64,000 nucleotides of DNA from an uncultured Methylomirabilota bacterium (GCA_963845565.1 CAWJSJ010000001.1:704001-768000), one strand, 5' to 3'. Positions 1-10,650 are shown, numbered from the stretch's first letter. Numbers and translations are program-made. Notes: generated by a model not told the origin, from the sequence alone.

Positions 1-89
1 ACCGACGCGTCCTCGGCGCCCAGGCGAAGGCCAAGAGCGAGGGGCGCGAGCCGACCTGGAATGAGCTGCTGGGGGTGCAAAATGGGTAA
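1..89 (+). CDS. gltB: 3' end of glutamate synthase large subunit (partial)
   Basis: Frame from nt 3 reads RRVLGAQAKAKSEGREPTWNELLGVQNG*, stop TAA 87-89 overlapping the gltD ATG; position directly upstream of gltD. Confidence 0.65.
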   Translation, partial: RRVLGAQAKAKSEGREPTWNELLGVQNG

Positions 90-1518
90 GCCGACGGGTT
101 TCCTGGAGATCGGGCGCGAACTGCCCGAGCGACGGCCGGTGGCAGAGCGGGTCACGGACTGGCGGGAGATCAACCGCGAACTCCCCGAGGAGAAGGTACG
201 GGCGCAGGGCGCGCGCTGCATGAACTGCGGGATCCCCTTCTGTCACAAGGGTTGCCCTCTCGGGAATATCATCCCCGACTGGAACGACTTGGTCTATAAG
301 AACCGCTGGCGCGAGGCGCTGGACCGCCTGCTCGCCACCAACAATTTCCCGGAGTTCACCGGACGGCTTTGCCCGGCGCCGTGCGAAGGATCCTGCGTCC
401 TCGCGATCAATTCCGACCCGGTGACGATCAAGCAGATCGAGCTGGAGATCATCGAGCATGCCTTTCGGCACGGCTGGGTCAAACCGGAGCCACCCCTGGT
501 CCGCACCGGCAAGTCGGTTGCCGTCGTCGGTTCGGGGCCTTGCGGTCTGGCCGCCGCGGACCAACTGAACCGCGCCGGCCACCGCGTAACCGTCTTCGAG
601 CGGGCGGACCGCATCGGCGGGCTCTTGCGCTACGGTATCCCGGAGTTCAAATTAGAGAAGGGCATCCTGGATCGGCGCTTGAAGCTCATGACGGCGGAGG
701 GGGTCGTTTTCCGCCCCAACGCCGAGGTCGGCGTGAACATCTCAGTGGAGGAGCTCCGGTCAAAGTTCGACGCCATTCTCCTCGCCGCCGGGGCGACCCT
801 TCCACGTGATCTCAAGGTGCCCGGGAGGGATCTCGACGGGATCCATTTCGCCATGGAATACCTCCCGCAGGGAAACCGACGCTGCGCGGGCGATACGGTA
901 CCCGAAGCCACCCTCATCTCGGCGACGGGTAAACGGGTGGTGATCATCGGGGGTGGGGATACCGGAGCGGACTGCCTCGGAACGGCCCATCGCCAGGGCG
1001 CCGCTTCGGTCACGCAGTTCGAGCTGCTGCCGCGGCCGCCCGCGTCGCGGACCCCGGACAACCCGTGGCCGCTATGGCCGAATATCTTTCGAGTGTCCAC
1101 GGCGCACGAGGAAGGGGGTGAGCGAGACTACTGCATCTCGACACGCCATTTCTCGGGCGATGAAGGCCGGGTGAAGCGTCTGCACGGGGTCCGGGTGGAA
1201 TTCACCCCAGGACCGAACGGTCGGCCGACGATGCGAGAGTTGCCGGGGACCGAGTTCGAGATGGACGTTGACCTGGTCTTCTTGGCCATGGGGTTCTTGG
1301 GGCCGGAGCGGAACGCGATGCTCGCGCAACTCGGCGTCGCGATCACGGAACGCGGGACGGTGGCGGCGGACGCCAATAAGATGACCGACATCCCGGGCAT
1401 CTTCGCCGCGGGTGACACGGCGCGCGGCCAATCGTTGGTCGTCTGGGCGATCGCCGAAGGGCGGCAAGCGGCCCGGGGCATGGACGCGTATCTCATGGGG
1501 TCGACGACGCTTCCGTAG
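82..1518 (+). CDS. gltD: Glutamate synthase small (beta) subunit
   Basis: MGKPTGFLE start, RCMNCGIPFCHKGCP and GRLCPAPCEGSC Fe-S motifs, GSGPCG and GGGDTG dinucleotide motifs, GQSLVVWAIAEGR C-terminus. Confidence 0.96.
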   Translation: MGKPTGFLEIGRELPERRPVAERVTDWREINRELPEEKVRAQGARCMNCGIPFCHKGCPLGNIIPDWNDLVYKNRWREALDRLLATNNFPEFTGRLCPAPCEGSCVLAINSDPVTIKQIELEIIEHAFRHGWVKPEPPLVRTGKSVAVVGSGPCGLAAADQLNRAGHRVTVFERADRIGGLLRYGIPEFKLEKGILDRRLKLMTAEGVVFRPNAEVGVNISVEELRSKFDAILLAAGATLPRDLKVPGRDLDGIHFAMEYLPQGNRRCAGDTVPEATLISATGKRVVIIGGGDTGADCLGTAHRQGAASVTQFELLPRPPASRTPDNPWPLWPNIFRVSTAHEEGGERDYCISTRHFSGDEGRVKRLHGVRVEFTPGPNGRPTMRELPGTEFEMDVDLVFLAMGFLGPERNAMLAQLGVAITERGTVAADANKMTDIPGIFAAGDTARGQSLVVWAIAEGRQAARGMDAYLMGSTTLP

Positions 1519-1617
1519 CGCGGGCGCCGGATTCACCCCGTCTTGCCCCGGGGGTTCGCGGACGGTAGGCCGTTGTCAAAGAATAGTTTGACCGGAGAAA
1601 TTCCGGAAACGGCATAA

Positions 1618-1667
1618 GGAGCCGTAACGCAATTACAAAAAATGGACAGTTATTTCGTAACGGCTCC
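1618..1667. mobile_element. 50-bp miniature inverted-repeat element flanked by TAA on both sides
   Basis: Left GGAGCCGTAACGCAATTAC vs reverse complement of right end GGAGCCGTTACGAAATAAC (16/19); TAA at 1615-1617 and 1668-1670; AT-rich core. Confidence 0.5.
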
Positions 1668-1673
1668 TAAGAC

Positions 1674-1703
1674 TTGACACAACTCTTTTCGGGGGGATAG
1701 AGT
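1674..1703 (+). promoter_or_regulatory. Putative sigma70 promoter
   Basis: TTGACA (1674-1679), 18 nt, TAGAGT (1698-1703) upstream of the 1823 ORF. Confidence 0.5.
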
Positions 1704-1822
1704 AGTCAAAATCGACGCCGACGGCTTCTCCCATGCAATCGGGGCCCGCGCTTGCTTTCGCCGGAACGGCGGTGGTTGCGCGGGCCTCTCGCTATCCGGG
1801 ACCGAGCAGGGACAGGGCGACC

Positions 1823-2974
1823 ATGGCCGAGACGGCCGACATTCTGATCATCGGTGCGGGCATCGTCGGGTGCAGCCTCGCCTATCATCTCGCGCTGCAG
1901 GGTGCGTCCCGAGTCGTGGTGGTGGACCAGGACTTGATCTGCTCCGGCTCGACGGGGAAATCCGCCGGGGGCATCCGGCAGCAATTTGCGACGGCGCTGA
2001 ACGTCGAGCTCTCCCTGGAAAGTATCCACATGTTCGATCGCATGCCCGAGGAACTGGGCATCGATCCGGGTTTCCGGCGGGTCGGATATCTCTTTCTGGC
2101 ATCTACGCTGGAAGAGTTGACGCTCTTTCAGCGCAACGTGGCGCTGCAGCAGCGTTGCGGCGTGCCGGCCCGGATCGTCGGTCTTGACGACATTCGACGG
2201 CTGGTACCCTTCCTCCACCTCGACGGGATTCAAGGCGGAAGCTACTGCCCCACCGACGGGTACGCGGCGCCGTATGAGGTGACCATGGGCTATGCCGCCG
2301 CGGCGCGGCGGCGCGGCGTGCGCTTTCACGAGCAGCGGGCGGTGACCGGAGTCCTGCGCGCGGGCGACCGGGTGACCGGGGTGGAGACGCGCGAGGGCCC
2401 CATGCACGCCCCGGTGATCGTGAATGCCGCGGGGGCGTTCGCCGGGCGGATCGGGGAGATGGCGGGCGTGGAGGTGCCGATCAAACCGTTCCGGCGACAG
2501 CTCTTCACCACGCATCCGATTCCGGCGTTCGCCGAGGAGCCGCCCTTGACCATCGACTACCATCGGAACTGGTACTTCCGGGGCGAGCTGGGCGGCTGTC
2601 TCTTCTCGGGTCCGAAAGACGAGGAGAGCACCTTCAACACGAACGTGGACTGGGAACACTTGGCGGAGAGCGTGGAGCAAGCCGTGGTGCGCCTCCCCAT
2701 TCTGGCGGAGGCGGAGATTCACCGAGGATGGGCGGGCCTGTACGAGATCTCGCCGGACAACAACGCCATCCTCGGTCCGGTCCCGGAACTTCGAGGCTTC
2801 TACGTCGCCGGCGGCCACAGCGGCCACGGCTTCCAGCACGGCCCGATCGCCGGGAAGCTGATGGCGGAACTGATCCTCGCGGAACGGACCAGCATCGATA
2901 TCGGGGCCCTCGGGATCGAGCGTTTCCGGGCCGGGAAAGCCGTGCTGGAGCCGATGACGATGCACCAGGCGTGA
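1823..2974 (+). CDS. FAD-dependent oxidoreductase, DAO/sarcosine oxidase beta-like
   Basis: IIGAGIVG FAD motif, GSTGKSAGG, WAGLYEISPD, GHSGHGFQHGP. Confidence 0.88.
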   Translation: MAETADILIIGAGIVGCSLAYHLALQGASRVVVVDQDLICSGSTGKSAGGIRQQFATALNVELSLESIHMFDRMPEELGIDPGFRRVGYLFLASTLEELTLFQRNVALQQRCGVPARIVGLDDIRRLVPFLHLDGIQGGSYCPTDGYAAPYEVTMGYAAAARRRGVRFHEQRAVTGVLRAGDRVTGVETREGPMHAPVIVNAAGAFAGRIGEMAGVEVPIKPFRRQLFTTHPIPAFAEEPPLTIDYHRNWYFRGELGGCLFSGPKDEESTFNTNVDWEHLAESVEQAVVRLPILAEAEIHRGWAGLYEISPDNNAILGPVPELRGFYVAGGHSGHGFQHGPIAGKLMAELILAERTSIDIGALGIERFRAGKAVLEPMTMHQA

Positions 2975-3007
2975 GACCGGCGGCAGTCACCAACAGGAAA
3001 ACCGGCG

Positions 3008-4129
3008 ATGCGTGAAACGCGACTCATCATCGGCGCCAGCGAAACCGATGCAAACCTGTTTTATGCGACGCACTTCTTGGCGCCCGACGCCTTCGTGTTC
3101 GTCTGGACCCCCCAGGAGAAGATTCTCTTGATGTCCGATCTGGAGGTGGATCGGGCGCGGGGGCAGGCCCAGGTGGACACGGTGCTGCCGATCCGGACAT
3201 ACGAGGAGCGCGCCAAGGCCGCGGGGGTCGCCCGTCCGGGCATGCTGGATTCGCTCTGCGCGTTCCTGGCAGAGCGGGGCATCAACCAGGTTGTGGTTCC
3301 TGGCAGTTTTCCCATCGAATTCGGCGACGGGTTGCGCGAACGAGCCATCGAGGTGCAAGTTCGGCGGGAACCGTTCTTCGAGGAACGCCTCGTCAAGCTG
3401 CCCGCGGAGGTCGAGGCGATCACCCGGGCCATGCGACGGACAGAGGCGGCGCTGAATACGGCGATCGATGCTATTCGTGAGGCGGACATCGAGAATGGGG
3501 TGCTTCGCTGGAAGGGTGCTGTCCTGACGTCCGAGCGGGTGAGGCATCTGATCGGAGCGCAGCTTCTGGAGGACGGCCTGATCGGCCAACACACCATTGT
3601 GGCATGCGGGGAGGCCGCGTGCGATCCCCACAATCAGGGGAGCGGACCCCTTCGGGCGGGGCAGACGATCATCCTGGACGTGTTCCCACGGGATGAGGAG
3701 AGCCGGTATTTCGCCGATATCACGCGGACGGTGGTCAAGGGGCCGGCCCCCGAGACGGTGCGGAGGATGTATCGCGCCGTGGCGGATGGCCAGGCGTGCG
3801 CATTCCGTCTCATCCGAGACGGCGCCGAAGGCGACGCGATCCATCGGGAGGTGCACGCGGCGATAGAACGGCATGGTTTTCGGACCGGCGAAGTGGGCGG
3901 GCGCATGGAGGGCTTCTTCCACGGGACAGGCCACGGGCTGGGTTTGGACGTGCACGAACTCCCACGGATCTCGAAGGTGCCGACGACGCTGCGCACGGGG
4001 AACGTCGTGACGGTGGAACCCGGGCTTTACTATACCGGCGTGGGTGGGGTACGGCTCGAAGACGTGGTGGTGGTCACCGAGAACGGATGCGTCAACCTGA
4101 CGGCCTATCCAAAAGAGCTGGAGGTCTAG
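3008..4129 (+). CDS. Xaa-Pro aminopeptidase family (M24B)
   Basis: LDVFPR..YFADITRT, HGTGHGLGLDVHE, TVEPGLY, GVRLED metal-ligand motifs. Confidence 0.92.
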   Translation: MRETRLIIGASETDANLFYATHFLAPDAFVFVWTPQEKILLMSDLEVDRARGQAQVDTVLPIRTYEERAKAAGVARPGMLDSLCAFLAERGINQVVVPGSFPIEFGDGLRERAIEVQVRREPFFEERLVKLPAEVEAITRAMRRTEAALNTAIDAIREADIENGVLRWKGAVLTSERVRHLIGAQLLEDGLIGQHTIVACGEAACDPHNQGSGPLRAGQTIILDVFPRDEESRYFADITRTVVKGPAPETVRRMYRAVADGQACAFRLIRDGAEGDAIHREVHAAIERHGFRTGEVGGRMEGFFHGTGHGLGLDVHELPRISKVPTTLRTGNVVTVEPGLYYTGVGGVRLEDVVVVTENGCVNLTAYPKELEV

Positions 4130-4465
4130 ATGTCCGATCTTCGCTATCGAACGTCCCGTCTCAAGGTGTATGCCCAGCTCTTGCCCGCCGGGACGGCCGC
4201 GGAGGAGCGGCGGCGGTTCCTGGAAGATCTGGATCGGATGGATGAAGATGCCATCACGGGATTCTTCCAACAGATTCCAAACGAGGGGCCGGTGAGGCGC
4301 CTGCTGGAGATCCTCCGGGAGGCGAGAGAGTTGGGAGATCGGCTGAACGCGATGGACCGAACCCTACCCGTCCTTCCGCACACCGAGATTTCCGCCTGCT
4401 ACCGCCGGCTTCGGGCCCTGGGAGATGAGATCGCGGATCTGGCCGCGGCCGGCGTCCTGAAGTAG
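4130..4465 (+). CDS. Hypothetical helical protein, 111 aa
   Basis: ATG directly follows the peptidase TAG; normal GC-rich codon usage; no recognised motif. Confidence 0.7.
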   Translation: MSDLRYRTSRLKVYAQLLPAGTAAEERRRFLEDLDRMDEDAITGFFQQIPNEGPVRRLLEILREARELGDRLNAMDRTLPVLPHTEISACYRRLRALGDEIADLAAAGVLK

Positions 4466-4609
4466 CTTTCTTGACGGGCCGGGAGTGTGGTTCCGTCTTG
4501 TTGACCGATCGGTCCACTCATGGTGAGGCGATCTGGCTCGCCAAAGGTCAGAGCCGTTATGGTCAACAACTCCGGTCAGTTAAGGCGATATTTTTCCGAG
4601 AGAAACACA

Positions 4610-4638
4610 TTGACGTGTACGTGAAGCCTGGGTATACT
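4610..4638 (+). promoter_or_regulatory. Sigma70 promoter with overlapping dyad
   Basis: TTGACG, 17 nt, TATACT; imperfect palindrome TTGACGT-GT-ACGTGAA (4610-4625) covers the -35. Confidence 0.7.
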
Positions 4639-4712
4639 CTGCTCAGATTGAATCAGGACATATACGGTAAACAATGGGCTATCAGAACGGCACGCAGCGT
4701 GACAAGGGGGTA

Positions 4713-5276
4713 ATGACCATAGGCGACCTTGCGCGCCGTGCCGGAACAACCATGCGCACCATCCGCTACTATGAGGAGCGAGGGCTTATCGAGCCCATCG
4801 GGCGGACCAAGGGCGGGTTCCGGTTATACGAGGAGGAAGAACTTCGCAAGCTCCATCTGATCCGAAGCCTGCAGGGTCTAGACATGCCGCTGGCACAGGT
4901 GAAAGCGTTCTTCGACGAACGGCAGCGCGGACGAACCGGCGCCGAGATCGCCCCGGCCCTGCGCAACGTATTGCAGGATCATCTTCAGGTGATGGGGCAA
5001 AGGATCGCACAGTACCAGGCGATGCAGGACTCCATCCGAGAGACGATGGAGATTCTGAGGACGTGCGCACAATGCCCGCACGAACCGGGACCGAGCATCT
5101 GCCCGGCATGTCCCGCGCTGGCCGGTCGCGTGACGGTTCCGTTGCACATGCAAGCGGTCATCGAGGCGGCGGGGCGCACCGCGGACACGAGCCACACAAC
5201 AGAAGGCGCGCCGCCCCAGAGTTCGGCGCGAGCCTCACGCGAGGGTGGGGCATTCTTGGCACCAGAAACGTCATAG
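4713..5276 (+). CDS. MerR-family transcriptional regulator with C-terminal CxxC-x8-CxxC
   Basis: MTIGDLARRAGTTMRTIRYYEERGLI..RTKGGFRLY HTH; CAQCPHEPGPSICPAC; RBS AAGGGGG before ATG 4713 (alternative start 4674). Confidence 0.9.
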   Translation: MTIGDLARRAGTTMRTIRYYEERGLIEPIGRTKGGFRLYEEEELRKLHLIRSLQGLDMPLAQVKAFFDERQRGRTGAEIAPALRNVLQDHLQVMGQRIAQYQAMQDSIRETMEILRTCAQCPHEPGPSICPACPALAGRVTVPLHMQAVIEAAGRTADTSHTTEGAPPQSSARASREGGAFLAPETS

Positions 5277-5289
5277 GAGGGATAAGTTC

Positions 5290-5613
5290 ATGATCACGGT
5301 CACGACACAAGCAGCTACCAAGATCAAGGATATCAAGACAGCGCAGGCCGCCTCCGAGGAGACCGGGCTGCGCGTTCGCGTGGTGGGCGGCGGATGCTCC
5401 GGGTTTCAATACCAGCTGGTATTCGACACTCCGCAGGCGGGCGATCAGGTCTTCGAGTCGGATGGCGTGAAGGTCGTCGTGGACCCGAAGTCGTTTCTGT
5501 ACCTCGTCGGCACCGAGATCGACTACGTGGATGGCCTGAACGGGGCGGGTTTCACGATGAAGAACCCCAACGCGAAGGGCGGGTGCGGGTGCGGGTCGAG
5601 CTTCACGGCATAA
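5290..5613 (+). CDS. A-type Fe-S carrier (HesB/IscA/ErpA family)
   Basis: GGGCSGFQY and [14 protein letters not shown] signatures; RBS AGGAGG upstream. Confidence 0.95.
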   Translation: MITVTTQAATKIKDIKTAQAASEETGLRVRVVGGGCSGFQYQLVFDTPQAGDQVFESDGVKVVVDPKSFLYLVGTEIDYVDGLNGAGFTMKNPNAKGGCGCGSSFTA

Positions 5614-5627
5614 GGGAAAGGGCAGCC

Positions 5628-6194
5628 ATGACAGTGCCCATGTCGACGACGAGCCCCCTCAGCGGAGAGGCGATCGTCGAGCGCGCCGTGCAGGAAGAGG
5701 TCGAGCGGGGGATCCTCTTGACCTCCCTCGACACGATGGTCAACTGGGCGCGCCGTTCCTCGATCTGGCCGGCCACCTTTGGTCTGGCGTGCTGCGCAAT
5801 CGAGATGATGGCAACGGGTGCGTCCCGGTTCGATCTGGCCCGATTTGGGGCCGAGGTCTTCCGGGCGTCGCCACGGCAGGCCGATCTCATGATCGTGGCG
5901 GGCCGTGTGAGCCGGAAGATGGCCCCCGTGCTGCGAAAGATTTACGACCAGATGCCGGACCCCAAGTGGGTCATCGCGATGGGGGCGTGCGCATCGTGCG
6001 GCGGCGTGTTCAACACCTATACCATCGTGCAGGGTGTCGACCAGGTCGTTCCGGTTGATGTGTACGTGCCTGGATGCCCGCCGCGGCCCGAGCAACTGAT
6101 CCACGGGATCATGCTCCTGCAGGAGAAGATCAAGGGAGAACGGAATTCCAGGAAGGATCTGATGAGCTTTCCGTGGGAACTAAATAATTCCTAG
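5628..6194 (+). CDS. nuoB: NADH-quinone oxidoreductase subunit B (not in a nuo operon)
   Basis: [43 protein letters not shown]. Confidence 0.95.
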   Translation: MTVPMSTTSPLSGEAIVERAVQEEVERGILLTSLDTMVNWARRSSIWPATFGLACCAIEMMATGASRFDLARFGAEVFRASPRQADLMIVAGRVSRKMAPVLRKIYDQMPDPKWVIAMGACASCGGVFNTYTIVQGVDQVVPVDVYVPGCPPRPEQLIHGIMLLQEKIKGERNSRKDLMSFPWELNNS

Positions 6195-6243
6195 GGGAGG
6201 TTGGCGGTGGCAACCGCCTGACGCAGAGGAGCATGAGACGCCA

Positions 6244-8109
6244 ATGACTCTGGAGACGCAGGTGGACGGGGCGGCAACGGCGAAGCGCAAGGAGCAGCGG
6301 GAGAGTGTGGTCATCCGTTTTGCCGGCGACTCCGGGGACGGCATGCAACTCACCGGCATGCAGTTCACCACGGAATCCGCGCTGGCCGGAAACGACATCG
6401 GCACCCTCCCCGACTATCCGGCGGAGATCCGAGCGCCGGCGGGGACGTTGGCCGGCGTCAGCGGGTTCCAGCTCAATTTCAGCAGCCTCGACATCTACAC
6501 GCCGGGCGACAATCCTGACGTTCTGGTGGTCATGAATCCCGCCGCCCTCAAGGTGAACATCGCCGACCTGAAAGCCGGCGGGCTGCTCCTGGCGGATCGC
6601 GACGGGTTCGACGAGGGCAACCTCAAGAAAGCCGGATACACCGGGAACCCCCTGGAAAACGGCTCCCTGGACAAGTATCAGGTCGTGACGGCGGACATGA
6701 CGGGCATGACCTTGCGGACGCTGGAGGATCTCAAGCTGTCGAACAAGGTCGCCACCCGCTGCAAGAACTTCTTCGCCCTCGGCCTGTGCTCTTGGCTGTA
6801 CAGCCGACCGATCGAGCCGACCATCAAATGGATTCAGGACAAGTTCAAGAAGACCCCCGAGCTTGTCGAGGCCAATACGCGCGTCCTCAAGGCGGGGTAC
6901 CACTACGGCGAAACGACCGAGTTGTTTGCGGTGCAATATGAAGTGAAACCCGCCCGGATCGCCCCGGGGACATATCGGAACATCACCGGGAATTCCGCTG
7001 TCGCTCTCGGACTGGTGGCGGCGGCGAAGAAGGCCGGCTTGACGCTGTTCCTCGGGAGTTATCCGATCACGCCGGCCAGCGACATCCTGCACGAGTTGTC
7101 GTATTACAAGCAGTTCGGGGTCCTGACGTTTCAGGCCGAGGACGAGATCGCAGGTGTCTGCTCGGCGCTGGGCGCCTCGTTCGGCGGGGTCATCGGCGTC
7201 ACGACCAGCAGCGGCCCCGGAATCGCGCTGAAACAGGAGGCGATCAACTTGGCGGTGATGGTCGAATTGCCCCTGGTGATCTGCAACGTGCAGCGGGGCG
7301 GCCCCAGCACGGGCCTCCCCACCAAGACGGAGCAGGCCGATCTCCTGCAAGCCATCTTCGGCCGGAACAGCGACTCGCCCTTGCCCGTGATCGCGGCCGC
7401 CACGCCCGCCGACTGTTTTTCGGCGGCCTACGAGGCGACCCGGATCGCCGTCAAGTACATGACCCCGGTGATTCTGCTCACCGACGGATACCTGGCGAAC
7501 GGTTCCGAGCCGTGGAACATACCCCACTTCGAAGACCTGGCGCCCATCCCCGTGGTGTTCCGGACCGATCCGAACGGGTTCTTTCCGTATCTCCGGGACC
7601 CGAAGACCTTGGCGCGGCCCTGGGTAAAACCCGGGACGCCCGGCTTGGAGCATCGCATCGGCGGGATCGAGAAGGCGGAGGTGACGGGGAATATCAGCTA
7701 CGACCCCCTCAACCATGAACGCATGACGCTGGCCCGAGCCCGCAAGGTGGAGGCGGTCCAGCAGGACATCCCGCCAACCCTCGTCCGAGGCGAACCCACC
7801 GGTGACCTCGTGGTTGTCGGCTGGGGCAGCACCTTCGGGGCGATTGCTGCCGCGGTCGAGGAGCTGCGGAATCATGGAACGCGGGTGTCGCACGTCCATT
7901 TAAGGTACCTGAACCCGCTGCCCGCCGATCTCGGGACGGTCCTGGCTGGCTTCAAGAAGATCCTGGTCCCCGAGATGAACACGGGGCAGCTCCGGATGAT
8001 TCTGCGCGCCACGTATCTGGTGGATGCCGTGGGATTGAACAAGATCCAGGGGCAGCCGTTCAAGGTCACGGAGATCGCCGACGCGATTCGGCGGGTACTG
8101 GAGGGGTAG
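6244..8109 (+). CDS. korA: 2-oxoacid:ferredoxin oxidoreductase alpha subunit (gamma-alpha fusion, KorA-type)
   Basis: [40 protein letters not shown]. Confidence 0.9.
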   Translation: MTLETQVDGAATAKRKEQRESVVIRFAGDSGDGMQLTGMQFTTESALAGNDIGTLPDYPAEIRAPAGTLAGVSGFQLNFSSLDIYTPGDNPDVLVVMNPAALKVNIADLKAGGLLLADRDGFDEGNLKKAGYTGNPLENGSLDKYQVVTADMTGMTLRTLEDLKLSNKVATRCKNFFALGLCSWLYSRPIEPTIKWIQDKFKKTPELVEANTRVLKAGYHYGETTELFAVQYEVKPARIAPGTYRNITGNSAVALGLVAAAKKAGLTLFLGSYPITPASDILHELSYYKQFGVLTFQAEDEIAGVCSALGASFGGVIGVTTSSGPGIALKQEAINLAVMVELPLVICNVQRGGPSTGLPTKTEQADLLQAIFGRNSDSPLPVIAAATPADCFSAAYEATRIAVKYMTPVILLTDGYLANGSEPWNIPHFEDLAPIPVVFRTDPNGFFPYLRDPKTLARPWVKPGTPGLEHRIGGIEKAEVTGNISYDPLNHERMTLARARKVEAVQQDIPPTLVRGEPTGDLVVVGWGSTFGAIAAAVEELRNHGTRVSHVHLRYLNPLPADLGTVLAGFKKILVPEMNTGQLRMILRATYLVDAVGLNKIQGQPFKVTEIADAIRRVLEG

Positions 8110-8110
8110 G

Positions 8111-9130
8111 ATGAGCGACGCGTCCACCGCCACGGCGACACCCAAGCTGACCCGCAAAGATTTCATCTCCGACCAGGACGTCCGGTGGTGTCCGGGGTGC
8201 GGGGACTACTCGATCCTGGCGCAGGTGCAGCGCGTGATGCCCGAACTGGGTCTTCCCCGCGAAAAATTCGTTTTCGTCTCCGGGATCGGCTGTTCCAGTC
8301 GGTTCCCGTATTACATGAACACGTACGGCTTCCACAGCATTCATGGCCGGGCGCCGGCCATCGCCAGCGGGCTGAAGATTGCGCGGCCGGAGCTGTCGGT
8401 GTGGGTGGTGACCGGCGACGGGGACGGACTGAGCATCGGGGGCAATCACCTGATTCACGCCCTCCGCCGGAATGTGGGCCTGAAGATCCTCCTGTTCAAC
8501 AACCGGATCTACGGGTTGACCAAGGGCCAGTACTCCCCGACCTCCGAGATCGGCAAGGTGACCAAGTCCACCCCGTTCGGGTCGGTGGATTACCCCTTCA
8601 ACCCGATCGCGGTCGCCATGGGGGTGGACGCCAGCTTCGTCGCGCGGACGGTCGACGTCGAGGCGAAATCGCTGCAAGACATCTTGCGGCGCGCCTACGA
8701 ACACCCGGGCGGCGCCTTCATCGAGATCCTGCAGAACTGCAACATCTTCAACGACGGCGCCTGGGAGACCGTGACGGACAAGGCGACCAAGGCCGATACG
8801 GTGCTGCTGCTGGAGCACGGCAAGCCGCTGATCTTCGGCAAAAATCGGGACAAGGGCCTCCGGCTCGGCGCCGGTGGCTCGCTCGAGGTGGTCACCCTGG
8901 GAAACGGCACCTCGGAGACCGACGTCTTGGTACACGACGAACGCAATCGGTCGCTGGCCTACATGCTGGCGCACCTCTCGAATCCGACCCCCATCGGCGT
9001 CTTCCACGCCATGCCCCGTCCCGTCTACGAGGAGGCCATGGCCCGGCAGGTGGACGCCGCCCGGCAGAAGCAGGGGGACGGGGACATCGACGCCCTCTTC
9101 AAGCGGGGCGAGACCTGGGTCGTGGAGTGA
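8111..9130 (+). CDS. korB: 2-oxoacid:ferredoxin oxidoreductase beta subunit
   Basis: WCPGCGD, SGIGCSSR, GDGDGLSIGGNH TPP motif, YGLTKGQYSPT. Confidence 0.92.
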   Translation: MSDASTATATPKLTRKDFISDQDVRWCPGCGDYSILAQVQRVMPELGLPREKFVFVSGIGCSSRFPYYMNTYGFHSIHGRAPAIASGLKIARPELSVWVVTGDGDGLSIGGNHLIHALRRNVGLKILLFNNRIYGLTKGQYSPTSEIGKVTKSTPFGSVDYPFNPIAVAMGVDASFVARTVDVEAKSLQDILRRAYEHPGGAFIEILQNCNIFNDGAWETVTDKATKADTVLLLEHGKPLIFGKNRDKGLRLGAGGSLEVVTLGNGTSETDVLVHDERNRSLAYMLAHLSNPTPIGVFHAMPRPVYEEAMARQVDAARQKQGDGDIDALFKRGETWVVE

Positions 9131-9234
9131 CCACGATTCGCGTCGCATCGACCACAGACACCCGTGGTGGGATGGGGGCATTCCCCCTCCACCGACGCTG
9201 GTAACCTGACGGATCCCCAGTGACTGCTGGCCGC

Positions 9235-10650
9235 ATGACCTCCGAGACGCGTCGCCGTCTTCTCTCTGCCTGCCGTGACATCGTGGGCGCCGATGGCGTG
9301 GTCTCCGCTCCCGATGAGCTTCGCGTGTACGAGTGCGATGCGCTGACGACGGACCACCGCGCCGTGCCCGATCTGGTCGTGTTGCCGACCAGCACGGATC
9401 AGGTGGCCGCGGTGGCTCGACTGTGCGCGACCGCGGGTGTCCCCATCGTCCCGCGGGGAGCCGGAACCGGACTCTCGGGCGGAGCGATCGCGACCCGGGG
9501 CGGCGTGCTGGTCGTCCTCACCCGCATGAATCGCGTCTTGGACATCGACCCGGCCAACCGGACCGCGACGGTCGAGGCCGGGTGCGTCAATTTGGCCATC
9601 AGCCGCGCCGTCGCCTCCCACGGGTTCTTCTTCGCCCCCGACCCGGCGAGTCAGCAGGCGTCCACCATCGGCGGGAATGTCGCGGAGAACGCCGGCGGCC
9701 CGCACTGCCTGAAATACGGCGCGACGAAGAATCATGTGCTCGGGGCCACGGTCGTCCTGCCCAGCGGCGAGGTCATCCGTCTCGGCGGTCGGTTGGCCGA
9801 CCAACCGGGATACGATCTGCTCGGCGTGTTCGTGGGGTCGGAGGGGACCCTGGGCATCTGCACCGAGGTGATCGTCCGATTGCTCCCCGTGCCGCAGGCC
9901 GTCAAGACGATCCTGGCCGTGTTCCGGAGCATCGAGGAGGCCAGCACCGCGGTCTCGGCGATCATCGCCCGCGGGATCATCCCGGTCGCGCTGGAGATGA
10001 TCGACCAGGAAACCACGCAGGCGGTGGAGGCGTATGCCCACGCCGGGTATCCGCTGGATGCGGGGGCGGTCCTGTTGATCGAACTGGAGGGCCTCTCGGC
10101 AGAGGTCGCTACCGAAGCTGGGGAAGTGGAACAGGCCTGCCGAGCGCACGGGTGTCTCGACGCCAAGGTGGCGCGGAGCGAAGAGGAGCGGACGCTCCTG
10201 TGGAAAGGGCGGAAATCCGCAGCGGGGGCGTTCGGGCGGATGACGCGGAACTACTACCACCAGGACGCGGTGGTCCCGCGGACCAAGCTGGCGGCGGTCT
10301 TGCGGGAGATCGCGGCCATCGGGGTGCAGCACGGGGTACGGGTGCCCAACGTGTTTCACGCGGGCGACGGAAACATTCATCCGTTGCTGTGCTACGACGA
10401 CCGCGTGCCCGGTCAGTTCGAGCGGGCGATGGCGGCGGGCGACGAGATCATGCGGTGCTGCATTCGCGCCGGCGGCACGGTGAGCGGGGAGCACGGAATC
10501 GGCGTCGAGAAGCGGGAATATCTTCGCCTGATGTACAGCGACGACGATCTGGCGGCCATGCGGCGCGTGCAGCGGGTGTTCGACCCGGCCGGCCGCTGTA
10601 ACCCGGGCAAGATCTTCCCCGACCAGCCACACGAGGAGCGGACTCCATGA
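9235..10650 (+). CDS. glcD: Glycolate/lactate oxidase FAD subunit GlcD
   Basis: PRGAGTGLSGGA, PDPASQQASTIGGNVAENAGGPHCLKYG, HAGDGNIHP, GEHGIG. Confidence 0.9.
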   Translation: MTSETRRRLLSACRDIVGADGVVSAPDELRVYECDALTTDHRAVPDLVVLPTSTDQVAAVARLCATAGVPIVPRGAGTGLSGGAIATRGGVLVVLTRMNRVLDIDPANRTATVEAGCVNLAISRAVASHGFFFAPDPASQQASTIGGNVAENAGGPHCLKYGATKNHVLGATVVLPSGEVIRLGGRLADQPGYDLLGVFVGSEGTLGICTEVIVRLLPVPQAVKTILAVFRSIEEASTAVSAIIARGIIPVALEMIDQETTQAVEAYAHAGYPLDAGAVLLIELEGLSAEVATEAGEVEQACRAHGCLDAKVARSEEERTLLWKGRKSAAGAFGRMTRNYYHQDAVVPRTKLAAVLREIAAIGVQHGVRVPNVFHAGDGNIHPLLCYDDRVPGQFERAMAAGDEIMRCCIRAGGTVSGEHGIGVEKREYLRLMYSDDDLAAMRRVQRVFDPAGRCNPGKIFPDQPHEERTP

